A model generated the notes under the pieces. It did no database searches. It was not told the origin of the DNA and worked only from the letters and a program-made list of their open reading frames with translations. From contig NC_086104.1 in assembly GCF_963921235.1 (NCBI RefSeq), forward strand, positions 4,216,001 through 4,280,000: a stretch of DNA of 64,000 nucleotides, given 5' to 3'. Shown here piece by piece: positions 48,834 through 61,442 of this stretch. Positions within the stretch are counted from its first letter, which is position 1. Each line of letters begins with the position of its first letter. The position numbers and the translations under genes are program-made. This stretch comes from Mobula hypostoma (lineage: Eukaryota).

Positions 48834-51800
48834 CGTGGTTTTGTATTCATCTCCTCTCAAAATGAATGTGCAACCTGCAAGTTAACCTTCAGGGAATTCT
48901 CCTCAATGACTCCCAAGTCTCTCTACGCCTGTGATTTTTGAATTTTCTCATTTACAAAATAGTCCATGCCTTTATTCCTTCTGTCAAAGTGCATGACCAT
49001 GGACATTGTATTCCATCTGCCACTTCTCTGTGGAGATAAAAGAAGTGGCTTCTTTTCCCCAGCTGTCTAAGTCCTTCTGCAGATACCCTGCATTTCTCAA
49101 TACTACCTGCTCCTGTGCCTGTCTTTGTATCATCCACAAATGTGGCCACAAAGCCATCAATTCCATTAATCAAATCATTGATAAATAATGCAAAAAGAAG
49201 CAGTCCCAACAGTGACCCCTGTGGAACATCACTAGTCACTGGCAGCATCCGAGAAAAGGTCCCTTATTCCCACTCTTTGCCTGCTGTCATTCATCCAGTC
49301 TTCTCTCCATGCTTGTATCTTTCCTGTAATACCATGGGTTTTTATCCTGTTAAGTGTCATGTGCGATAACTTGTCAAAGGCCTGAAAATTCAAATAAACA
49401 ACATCCACTGACCCTTCTTTGTCTGGCCTGAATGTTATTTCCTCAAAGAATTCCAACAGGTTTGTCAGGTAAGATTTTTCCTCCAGAAAACCATGCTGAC
49501 TTTGGCCTGTTTTATCATGTGTCTTTTATTCAGGATGAGGTAAATGATTCAGGATTAGTAACCTCATTCTTAATAATAGACTCCAGCACATTTCCAACTA
49601 CTCAGATGAGGTGAACAGACTTATAATTTCCTTTCTTCAGCCTTTCTCCCCTCTGAAAGACTGGAGTGACATTTGCAATTTTGCAGCCTCATGAACCTTC
49701 CAGAATCTAGAGATTCCTAGAAGATAATTACTAATACCTCCAGAATCTCTTCAGCCACCTCTTTCAGAGACCTGGGGTGTAATTCATCCAGTACAGGTGA
49801 TTTATCTACCGTACCTTTGGAATTCTCAGCTCCCCCCCACAGCATCTTCTTCTCCTTAATGACAATGGCACTCACCTCTACCCCCTGACAGTCAAGCAGC
49901 TCTGGCTTCCTGCTAGTCTTCCACAGTAAAGAGGAAAGCCAAATAAACTGTAAGTTTGTCTGCCATTTCTTCATCCCCCATTACTATTCCTCCATCACCA
50001 TTTTCCCATAGACTGATATCCACTCTAGCCTCTCTTTTACTCTCTATTTATCTGGAAATCTCCTGTATACCCTTTTATATTATCAGCTAGCTTACCTTCA
50101 TATTTCATCTTTTCTCTTTATGGATTTTTAGTTGTCTTCTGTTGACTTTTAAAAGCTTCCCAATCCTTTTCCTTCTCACTGAGATTTGCTCTATTATATG
50201 TCCTCTCTTATGCAATTATGCTGTCTTTGATTTCCCTTGTCAACCATAGTTGCCTTTGGGATGTATCTTTACATTCCGAATTTACCCCAGAAACACTAGC
50301 CATTGCTACTGTTGTCAGCCACGCTAGTGTACCCTTCCAATCAACTTTAGCCAACTCCTCTCTCATGCCTCTGTAATTCCCTTTATTCCACTGTAACACT
50401 GAAACACCTGACCTTAGCTTCTCCTGCTCAAACTGCAGGGCAATTCTCTCATTTTATGATCACTGTCTCCTAAGGGTTATTTTACCTTAAGCTTCCTAAT
50501 CAAATCTTGGTCATTACATAACACCCACTTCAGACTACCATTCCCCCAGTGGGCTCAACCAAAGCTGCTCTGGAAAGTTATCGCAGAGGCATTCTATAAG
50601 TTCACTCTTTGGGATCAAGCACCAACCTAATTTTCCCAATCTACCTGCATAATAAAATCCACCATGATTATCGCAACATTGTCTATTTGGCATGCCTTTT
50701 CTATCTCCCGTTGTAATTTGTAGTCCACATTATGTCTGTTGTTTGCAGGCCTGTATATAACTCCCATCAACATCTTTTAACTCTTGTCATTTCTTAACTC
50801 TGCCCAAAAGTACTCTGTACCTTTCCAATCTCTGTCACCTTTTTCTAAGGATTTGACTTCATTGTTAACCAATAAGCTCCCTACTATGATCTTCTTTCAG
50901 CCACAGCTCAGTGAAGACCACAACATCATACCTGTCAATCTCTACATAGAACATAGAATACAAAACAGAACAACACAGCAAAAGGCCATTCTGCCCACCA
51001 TGTTGTGCTGAACCAGCTAAATAGCAAATCAAAAACACCCAAACACTAATCTCTCCTACTTACACCATGTCCATATTCCTCTATTTTCCTTGCACCCATG
51101 TACCTATCGAAATGTCTCTTAAAAACTTCTAATATATTTGCCTCTACCACCATATCATGCAGCACATTCCAGGTATCCAGGACTCTGAGTAAAACACTTA
51201 CCCCTCAGATCCCCATTGAACCTACCCCATCTCATCTTCAACAAAAGCTCTCGTTTCTATCCTGGGAAACAGCTACTCACCTTTCGTCTCTCATAATCTT
51301 GTAAACCGTCGGATCTCTCCTCAGTTTCCGAAGCTCCAGAGAAAATAACCCAAGTTTATCCAGCCCCTCGAGATAACACATGCCCTCCAAACCAGGCAGC
51401 ATCCTGGTAAACCACTTCTGCACCCTCTCCAAAGCTTCAAGATCCTACCTATAGTGGGGCGATCAGAACTGTCCGCAATACTTCAGGTGAAGCCCAAGGA
51501 TAAAGTTGCAACATAACCTCCTGGCTTTTGAATGCAGTGCCTCAACCAATAAAAGCAAGCATCCCATAAGCCTTCTTAACCACGTTCTTGACCTGTGAAG
51601 CCACTTCCAAGGGGTTATGAACTTGGATCCCAAGATCTCTCTGCTCAGCAACACTGTTAAGGAGCTTGCAGTTAACAGTGTACTGTGTCTTTGCATTTGC
51701 TCTACTGAGGTACAACACCTCACATTTATCTGGGTTAAACTCCATCTGCCATTTCTCAGCCCAGATCTTCAACTAATCTATATGGTACTATATTCTTTGC

Positions 51801-53715
51801 CAGTCTTCTACATTATTGACCACTCCACCAATCTTTGTATCTTTGTGTCATCCACAAACTTACTATCACACCCATCTACATTTTCAGCCGGATCATTAAT
51901 ATGCATCACAAACAACAGAGGTCTCAAGGCAGATCCATATAGAACATCACTAATTACTGGCCTCCAGCTCAAGTAAGTCCAGTCAGCCACTACCCTCTAT
52001 CGTCGATGTGCAAACCAGCTCTGGATCCAAACAGTAAATTTCCCATGAATCTTATGATCTTAATCTTCTGGAGTAGCCTCCCATGAAGCCCTTTGTCAAA
52101 CACCTTATTAAAATCCATGTGGACAACATCCACTGCCCTATCCTCATCAATCTCTCTCCCAACCTTGTGAAAAAGCATAATCAAGTTTGTAAGGCATGAC
52201 CTGCCATGCACAAAGCCAAGCTGATTCTTTTGAATTAGGCCATGGGTTTCCAAATGCTCATATATCCTTTCCCTGAGGATTTCCCAACAACTGATGTGAG
52301 ATTTACCAGTCTATGGTTCCCAGGATATTCTCTTGTTCCCTTCTTAAATAGAAGTACAACATTAGTCGCTTTCCAGTCCTCCAGGATCTCGACTGTGGCA
52401 AAGGAGGACATGAAGATACTGGTCAAGGACCCAGAAATCTTGTCTCTTGCCTCCTTCAATAACCTGGGGTAAACCGCATCAGGCCCCAGAGATCGATCCA
52501 CCTTAATACTCCTTAGTAGGCCCAACACTTCTTCCTCCTTGGCCTCTAAATGCTATAACGTATTCATACACTCAGCATTGATCTGCTGGTCCCCTATATC
52601 CTTTTCCTTGGTAAATACTGAAGCAAAGTTCTCATTAAGTACCTTACTCACGTTTTCTGCATCCAAGCAAATGTTGCCACCTGTATTTTTGAGTGGTTCC
52701 ACCCTCTCCCTAGTTATCCTCTTGCTCTTGATGTATATATAGAATGCCTTGGGACTCACCTTAATCCAACTTGCCACTGACTTTTCATGGAGCTAGCCAC
52801 TGCTAGCCTTCCTAGTTCCCCTCTTCAGTTCTACTCTGACTTCTTTATACTTCTTCTGTGCTTTGTATGATCCCAACTTCCGAAGCTTTACAAACTTTTC
52901 TTTTTACTTCTTGACGAAGTTCATCACCTCTCTGGACATCCAAAGTTCTTTTTATCTTTCCATAGTCATCCTGCCTTCCAACAGGAACATACCTTTCTTG
53001 TATCCCGTACTTTAGTTGTAACACCAATTAAAAGGTGTTCACAATTAACGCTTCTTAGTTCCTGCCAAATGCCCTCGTAATTTGCCTCACGCCAATTTAA
53101 AACTTTCCAGCAACGAGCATAAGACGTAGGAGCAGAACTCGGCCATTCAGCCCATCAAGACTATTTTGCCATTCCATCACAGCTGACCCTGGATTCCACC
53201 CAACCCTATATACCTGCCTTCTCGGCATCCTTTGATGAGCTGACCGGTCAGGAGACTATCAACTTCCACTTTAAAGATACCCACAGACTAAGCCTCCACC
53301 ACAGTCTGTGGCATAGCATTCCACAGATTCGCCACTCCCTGGCTAAAAAAATTCCTCCTTACCTCTGTTCGAAAAGGACATCCCTCAATTTTGAGGCTGC
53401 TTCTGGATAAACCCACCATAGAAATCCTCCTCTCTGCATCCACCCTGTCCAGTCCTTTCAACATTTGGTAGGTTTCAATGAGATCCCCCTGCATTCTTCT
53501 AAATTCCAGTGTGGACATGCCCAAGCCAGCCAAGCGCTCCTCATGTGTTAACCCCTTCATTCCCGGAATAATCTTTGAGAACCTCCTCTGCACTTTCTCC
53601 AAAGACAACACATCCACTCTGAGATATGGAGTCCAAAACTGGTGACAAAACTCCAAGTGCAAACTGACTGATATCTCATAAAATTTCAGCATTATCTCTT
53701 TGCTTTTATATGCTA
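48260..53715 (-). mobile_element. Stack of degenerate CR1 elements
   Basis: Multiple minus-strand CR1 ORF2 remnants with (CATAAGA)n and (CATAGAA)n tails. Confidence 0.8.
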
Positions 53716-56700
53716 TTCCCCTCAATCTTCTAAATTCCAACGAGTACAAGCCCAGTTTATCCAGTCTTTCTTCATATGAAAGTCCTGCCATCCCAGGAAT
53801 CAATCTGGTGAACCTTCTTTGTACTCCCTCTATGGCAAAGATGTCTTTCCTCAGATTAGGGGACCAAAACTGCACACAATACTCCAGGTGTGGTCTCACC
53901 AAGGCCTTGTACAACTGCAGTAGTACCTCCCTGCTCCTGTACTCGAATCCTCTCGCTAGAAATGCCAGCATACCATTCGCCTTTTTCACCGCCTGCTGTA
54001 CCTGCATGCCCACTTTCAATGACTGGTGTATAATGACACCCAGGTCTCGTTGCACCTCCCCTTTTCCTAATCGGCCACCATTCAGATAATAATCTGTTTT
54101 CCTATTTTTGCCACCAAAGTGGATAACTTCACATTTATCCACATTAAATTGCATCTGCCATGAATTTGCCCACTCACCCAACCTATCCAAGTCACCCTGC
54201 ATCCTCTTAGCATCCTCCTCACAGCTAACACTGCCACCCAGCTTCGTGTCATCCGCAAACTTGGAGATGCTGCATTTAATTCCCTCATCCAAGTCATTAA
54301 TATATATTGTAAACAACTGGGGTCCCAGCACTGAGCCTTGCAGTACCCCACTAGTCACTGCCTGCTATTCTGAAAAGGTCCCGTTTATTCCCACTCGTTG
54401 CTTCCTGTCTGCCAACCAATTCTCTATCCAAATAAATACCTTACCCCCAATACCGTGTGCTTTAAGTTTGCACACTAATCTCCTGTGTGGGACCTTGTCA
54501 AAAGCCTTTTGAAAATCCAAATATACCACATCCACTGGTTCTCCCCTATCCACTCTACTAGTTACATCCTCAAAAAATTCTATGAGATTCGTCAGACATG
54601 ATTTTCCTTTCACAAATCCATGCTGACTTTGTCCGATGATTTCACCGCTTTCCAAATGTGCTGTTATCACATCCTTGATAACTGACTCCAGCAGTTTCCC
54701 CACCACCGACGTTAGGCTAACTGGCCTATAATTCCCCGGTTTCTCTCTCCCTCCTTTTTTGAAAAGTGGAGTTACATTAGCCACCCTCCAATCCTCAGGA
54801 ACTAGTCCAGAATCTAACGAGTTTTGAAAAATTATCACTAATGCATCCACTATTTCTTGGGCTACTTCCTTAAGCACTCCAGGATGCAGACCATCTGGCC
54901 CTGGGGATTTATCTGCCTTCAATCCCTTCAATTTAGCTAACACCACTTCCCTACTAGCATGTATTTCGCTCAGTTCCTCCATCTCACTGGACCCTCTGTC
55001 AACTACTATTTCTGGAAGATTATTTATGTCCTCCTTAGTGAAGACAGAACCAAAGTAATTATTCAATTGGTCTGCCATGTCCTTGCTCCATATAATCAAT
55101 TCACCTGTTTCTGTCTGCAAGGGACCTACATTTGTCTTTACCAGTCTTTTCCTTTTTACATATCTATAAAAGCTTTTACAGTCCGTTTTTATGTTCCCTG
55201 CCAGTTTTCTCTCATAATCTTTTTTCCCCTTCCTAATTAAGCCCTTTGTCCTCCTCTGCTGAACTCTGAATTTCTCCCACTCCTCAGGTGAGCCACTTTC
55301 TCTGGCTAATATGTATGCTACTTGGAATTGATACTATCCCTAATTTCTCTTGTCAGCCATGGGTGCACTACCTTCCTTGAGTTATTCTTTTGCCAAACTG
55401 GGATGAACAATTGTTGTAGTTCATCCATGCAACCTTTAAATGCTTGCCATTGCATATCCACCGTCAATCCTTTAAGTGTCATTTGCCAGTCTATCTTAGC
55501 TAATTCATGTCTCATACCTTCAAAGTTACCCCTCTTTAAGTTCAGAACCTTTGTTTCTGAATTAACTATGTCACTCTCCATCTTAATGAAGAATTCCACC
55601 ATATTATGGTCACTCTTACCCAAGGGGCCTCTCACGACAAGATTGCAAATTAACCCTTCCTCATTGCTCAAAACCCAGTCCAGAATAGCCTGCTCTCTAG
55701 TTGGTTCCTTGACATATTGGTTCAAAAAACCATCCCGCATACTTTCCAAGAAATCCTCTTCCTCAGCACCTTTACCAATTTGGTTCACCCAATCTACATG
55801 TAGATTGAAGTCACCCATTATAACTGCTGTTCCTTTATTGCACACATTTCTAATTTCCTGTTTAATACCATCTCCGACCTCACTACTACTGTTAGGTGAC
55901 CTGTAACAACTCCCACCAGCGTCTTCTGCCCCTTAGTGTTACGCAGCTCTACCCATATCGATTCCACATCTTCCCGGCTTATGTCCTTCCTTTCTATTGC
56001 GTTAATCTCTTCTTTAACCAGCAACGCCACCCCACCTCCCCTTCCTTAATGTCTGTCCCTCCTGAATATTGAATATCCCTGAACGTTGAGCTCCCATCCC
56101 TGGTCACCCTGGAGCTATGTCTCTGTGATCCCAACTATATCATAATCATTAATAACAATCTGCACTTTCAATTCATCCACCTTATTATGAATGCTCCTTG
56201 CATTGACACATAAAGCCTTCAGGCGCTCCTTTACAACTCTCTTAGCCCTTATACAATTATGTTGAAAAGTGGCCCTTTTTAATGCTTGCCCTGGATTTGT
56301 CGGCCTGCCACTTTTACTTTTCTCTTTAGTACTTTTTGCTTCTACCCTCACTTTACACCCCTGTCTCTCTGCACTGGTTCCCATCCCTCTGTTGCGAACT
56401 AACCTCCTCACGCCTAGCCTCTTTAATTTGATTCCCACCCCCCAACCATTCTAGTTTAAAGTCACCTCAGTAGCCCCCGCTAATCTCCCTGCCAGGATAT
56501 TGGTTCCCCCTAGGATTCAAGTGTAACCCGTCCTTTTTGTACAGGTCACGCCTGCGCCAAAGGAGGTCCCAATGATCCAAAAACTTGAATCCCTGCCCCC
56601 TGCTCCAATCCCTCAGCCACGCATTTATCCTCCACCTCATCGCATTCCTACTCTCATTGTCGCGTGGCACAGGCAGTAATCCCGAGATCACTACCTTTGC

Positions 56701-57445
56701 GGTCCTTTTTCTCAACTCCCTTCCTAGCTCCCTATATTCTCCTTTCAGGACCTCATCCCTTTTCCTACCTATGTCATTGGTACCTATATGTACCACGACC
56801 TCTGGCTCCTCACCCTCCCACTTCAGGCTATCTTGGACACGATCAGAAATATCTGGACCCTGGCACCAGGGAAGCAAACTACCATCCGGGTCTCTGGACT
56901 GCGTCCACAGAATCGCCTATCTGACCCCCTTACTATCGAGTCCCCTATCACAACTGCCCTCCTCTTCCTTGCCCTACACTTCTGAGCTGCAGGGCCAGAC
57001 TCTGTGCCGGAGGCACGGCCGCTGTCGCATCCCCCGGGTAAGCTGTCCCCCCCAACAGTACTCAAACAGGAGTACCTGTTGTTAAGAGGCACAGCCACCG
57101 GGGTACTCCCTATTACCTGTGTCTTCCCCTTCCCCCTCCTAACCGTGACCCACTTGTCTGCCTCCCGTGGCCCCAGCGTGACTACCTGCCTGCAACTCCT
57201 CTCTATCACCTCCTCACTCTCCCTGACCAGACGAAGGACATCAAGCTGCAGCTCCAGTTCCGTAACGCGGTCCCTTAGGAGCTGCATCTCGATGCACTTG
57301 GCGCAGATGTAGACGTCCGGGAGGCTTGGAGACTCCAGGGCCTCCCACATCCGAAACCGAGAACAGCAAACTGCCCCTCTCCTCAAATAACAACAGAAAA
57401 TGAATGCCAAACCTTCCTCGCCTCGCCCACTTCCGCCTAAGCCCG
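53716..57445 (-). mobile_element. Near full-length CR1 LINE (ORF1 zinc finger/esterase plus ORF2 APE-RT), 3' end missing
   Basis: ORF1 CxxC...CAKC and VVIGDSIVRG (SGNH esterase). ORF2 [51 protein letters not shown]. Split by stops and frameshifts. Confidence 0.92.
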
Positions 57446-58225
57446 ACCCCAACGGACTCACAAGAGAAGTGTTGCCTCACCTGGAAGGACTGTTTGGGGC
57501 CCTGAATGGTGGCAAGTGAGGAGGTGTAGGGACAGGTGTAGCACTTACGCTTACAGGGATAAGTGCCGGTGGGAGATCCATGGGGAGGGACGTGTGGACC
57601 AGGAAGTCGCGGAGGGAATGATCCCTACGGAAAGCAAAGGGGGTGGAGAGGGAAATACGTGCTTACTGGTGGGGTCCTGTTGAAGGTGGCGGAAGTTGCG
57701 GAGGATAATGTGCTGGATCGGGAGGCTCGTGGGGTGGTAGGTGAGGACAAGGGCAACTCTGTCCATGTTGTGGTGACGGGAGGATGGGGTGAGGGCCGAT
57801 GTGCGGGAAATAGAGGAGATGCGGGTGAGGGCATCATTAATGACAGCAGAAGGGAAACCACGATCCTTAAAGAAAGAGGACATTTGAGATGTCCTAGAAT
57901 GGAAAGCCTCATCCTGGGAGCAGATGTGGCGGAGACGGAGGAACTGGGAATAGGGAATGGCATTTTTGTATGTTGCAGGGCAGGAAGAGGTATAGTTGAG
58001 GTAGTTATGAGAGTCAGTGGGCTTATAAAAGATGTCAGTGGACAGTCAGTCTCCTGAGATAGAGACTGAAAAATCGAGAAAGGGAAGAGAAGTGTCCAAG
58101 ATGGACCAAGTGAATTTGAGGTCTGGGTGGATCTCATGCCATTCCCTATTTCCAGTTCCTCCGTCTCCACCGCATCTGCTCCCAGGATGAGGCTGCCCTA
58201 CCTGCTGAGTTCCTCCAGCATGTTG
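57446..58225 (-). mobile_element. Penelope-like element fragment (RT C-terminus to linker)
   Basis: LPFLDFSVSISGD, MSSFFKDRGFPSAVI, LVLTYHP and MRQHFSCES motifs. Continuous in style with 33850-34300. Confidence 0.85.
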
Positions 58226-58841
58226 TGAGGTTAATTTACAGGTTGAATCTGTGGTAAAGAAGGTAAATGCAATGATAGCATTTATTTCAAGGGGAATAGA
58301 ATATAAAAGCAAGGAGATAATGCTGAGCTTTTATAAGACACTAATCAGGCCACACCTGGAGTATTGTCAACAGCATTGTGCCCCACATCTCAGAAAGAAT
58401 GCGTTGCCATTGGAGAGAGTCCAGAGGAGGTTCACGAGGATGATTTCGGGAATGAATGGCTTCAGATATGAGAAGCATTTAGCAGCTTTGGACCTGTATT
58501 CACTGGAATTTAGAAGAATGCGTGGCAATCTCATTGTAACCTAGTGAATGTTGAAAGGACTAGATTGGTGGATGTGGAGAGGATGTTTCTTATGGTGGGG
58601 ATATCTTGAACTAGAGAGCACAACCTCGGAATTGAGTGACGACCTTTTAGAACACAGATAAGGAGGAACTTTTTAACCAGAGAGTAGTGTGAATCTACCA
58701 CAGACTGCAGTGGAGTCCAAGTCTGTGGGGATATTTAAGACGGAAGTTCCTAGTGTACACAATCTGAATTGAATTGAAGCAACACACATCAAAGTTGTTG
58801 GTGAACGCAGCAGGCCAGGCAGCATCTCTAGGAAGAGGTGC

Positions 58842-58877
58842 AGTTGACGTTTCAGGCCGAGACCCTTCGTCAGGACT
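58842..58877 (-). ncRNA. Minimal type I hammerhead ribozyme motif (Penelope pLTR)
   Basis: AGUC CUGACGA AGGGUCUCGGCCU GAAAC GUC AACU. Intact core with GUC cleavage triplet; one stem I mismatch. Confidence 0.65.
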
Positions 58878-59496
58878 TTATTACCTACATCCTTCATATA
58901 CGTGAGAAGTAAAAATATTGATGTTATGTCTCCGTCTAAATGTGCAATGTGCAATTTATAGTAATTTATAATAAATATTATGTGCAACAGGACAGTCAGT
59001 ATAACACAGAAATACAACTGCATCAGCGTGAATTAATCAGTCTGACGGTTTGGTGGAAGAAGCTGCACCAGAGCCTGTTGGTCCTGGCTTTTATGCTGCA
59101 GAACCTTTTCCCGGATGGCAGCTGGAACAGTTTGTGATTGTGGTGACTTGCCTCCCCAATGATCCTTCAGGCCATTTTTAAACAACTGTCTTTGTAAATG
59201 TCCTGAATAGTGGGAAGTTCACAACTACAGATGCGTTGGGCTTTCTGCACCACTCTCTGCAGAGTCCTGCGATTGAGGGAAGTACAGTCCCCAATCTGTC
59301 CTTATAACACAGACCCCCAGGTCCTGACAACATCCTGGTGGATCGTTTCTGCTCTCTTTCTAGTTTAATAACATCCTTCCCATAGCAGGGCGACCAAAAC
59401 CGTACACAGTACCACTGCCCACAACTGGTCCATTAAACTCAAAGGCAGATGAAACCAGTCTCAGACTGGGTGACCCCACTCTGGGAATTTACTTAC

Positions 59497-59545
59497 CCAC
59501 TGCAGAGACGGACAGAGTCAAGATTGTGATTATTGCTGCAAACAT
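59497..59545 (-). CDS. Exon 1 (signal peptide) of a tandem V-domain IgSF membrane receptor
   Basis: Minus strand reads aagaaATG TTT GCA GCA ATA ATC ACA ATC TTG ACT CTG TCC GTC TCT GCA GTG G|gtaagt = MFAAIITILTLSVSAV(G). It is hydrophobic, 49 nt, and ends in a consensus phase-1 donor. Spliced to the 35613 acceptor it gives MFAAIITILTLSVSAVGVNA-GTVLIQSP. Pairing across the ~24 kb intron is inferred. Confidence 0.75.
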
Positions 59546-59720
59546 TTCTTCTCACTTGTTTTTTCAAAAACTGAATTCCTGCTCATTCAGACCCGATGTT
59601 CCCCATTGGTATTTCACAAGTGATTGAATCTCCTTTGACTTCCCCACATGCTTATTTCAGCACATAGGCACAGGGTGTAAGAGGAAGTGATGGGGGACAA
59701 GTGGCCAGCCCTGTGGAAAC
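59546..59720 (-). promoter_or_regulatory. Putative proximal promoter/5' UTR of the receptor gene
   Basis: Non-repeat island just upstream of the leader ATG. It has GAGGAAGT (59681-59688, PU.1/ETS-type core), GGGGAAGT (minus strand, 59638-59645) and CCAAT (minus strand, 59605-59609). Short motifs only; function is inferred. Confidence 0.35.
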
Positions 59721-59999
59721 TGCTGAAGAAATAGTAACAAACTGCAAGAGTAGCTGAATCTTTTCATCCACATTTACATATTTGTCACTAAAACTCACTG
59801 CTTATGCCCACACACCATTAACAGATTGAAATGTGAGAAACAAGCCAAGTACACTGTTTCCCCTCCCTGACAGTAGGCTCCTCCTGGTAAGGCTGCAAAC
59901 ACTGGCCCAACACCAGGCAAAACAGACGTTTCGCTGTATGACAGTATGACACTTAATGAAAACTTCAAAGTATATGTATGTCTGGTACTCCTTCCCTCC

Positions 60000-60330
60000 G
60001 CTAGTCTGCAGGTCACCCTTCGGCAATGTGTAACACCTGCTTAGCCCACCTCCTCCCCCTGATCAGAGTCATGTGAAGCCATGGAAGAAACGGGTAGATG
60101 GTCATATGAGCAACTTGCACATATCACAATTCCTGGATATGTGACCACTGACATCAGGCAGACAATCTCTGAAGAGTATTGACAATGGTTGGGGTGACAC
60201 CATCTTGGAAAGACACTGCCCAGAAGAAGGCAATGGCATACTGCTTCTCTGGAAAAATGCGCCAAGAACAATCACGGTCATGAGACCATGATCACCCGCG
60301 TCATACAACACGGCACATAACGAACGAACA
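60000..60330 (+). mobile_element. RTE-type LINE 3' end
   Basis: AGAAGAAGGCAATGGCA...GCCAAGAACAATC...CATAACGAACGAAC resembles RTE/BovB 3' termini (from recall, not searched). Confidence 0.5.
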
Positions 60331-61059
60331 AGTGATACATTTGTCACCATGTACCACCCAGAGTTCCATTTGCTTGTGGGCATTCATTATAAATAGACAG
60401 AAACACAATAGAGTCAGTGAAGAACTGCACACAACAGAGACACAGAACACAGATCTCACAATGGTGTGTCAAACCAATTCAATTAGTTTATTATTGTCAC
60501 AAGTACCAAGGTACAATGAAAATCTTGTCTTGCAAACTTTTCATACAGATCAATTCATTACACATTACACTGAATTACTTGGAACCCGGAGTAGGAGTCC
60601 CTAAGGCAGTCCAACGTTGAGTTCAACGCTGACTGGTAATTCTCGTGATACTTCTGGTGTCAAACTGATTTGGTCTGTACCGTTTCTCTGAGTTCATCGG
60701 AGGTGTGCAGAGGGGGAGCTTGCTACATGGGCAACAGCTTGCTCTCCATATCATACTGCCCAGGCTTGTGTATCTAGGCAGCTAGGACACAATATCCATG
60801 GTCGACACTGACCAACAGAGGCCTCATAGAATAGTACAGCACAGTACAGGCCCTTCGGCCCAAATTGCTGTGCCGAATTTTTAATCTACTCCAAGATCCA
60901 TGTAACCCTTCCCACTGATACAGACCATAAAGCTTAATTTTTCTTTCATTCACGTGTTTATCTAATGTATCAGTTTCTAAAATGTCCCCAATGTAATAGC
61001 CTTTACCATCAGACACAAGCACTTTCTGTGTGGGATAAAGTACCTCTGACACGTGTCTC

Positions 61060-61260
61060 CACCTACATTCCCGCACTGATCTTCAGAGCATGCCGGTTAC
61101 CACAACCTTTCCCTGAACGGGGTGTCCTCTATCATTCAGATTGTGTGGCGAGTGCTCTTAAAACTACCTACATCAAACTCATCAGCAGAAAAGACATCTT
61201 CCAGCTTCAACATCCTTTTCCAGCTGTCACGTACCAGGGAGGGAGGCCTGGGAACTCGAG
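61060..61260 (-). mobile_element. Ty3/Gypsy pol remnant
   Basis: Minus strand reads LEDVFSADEFDVGSFKSTRHTI*MIEDTPFRER, resembling the region just before Gypsy RT. Confidence 0.45.
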
Positions 61261-61442
61261 AGGGAACATAGAACATAGAACAGGAACAGGCTCTTCAGCC
61301 CATAATGTTGTGCTAAAGCAGCTAAAAGCAACTCAGAAACACTCAAACGCTAATCCCTCCTACCCACCCAATGTCCATACATCCATGGAAAGCAGAACGG
61401 AGAAACTCAGAACATAGATTAGAGAAGCTCAGAATGTACACT

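Noticed and set aside
59795-60016. ORF containing GGETVYLAC as a third V domain
   Set aside because: No C-strand Trp or YxC motif, it stops shortly after, and its 5' part overlaps an RTE-type repeat.
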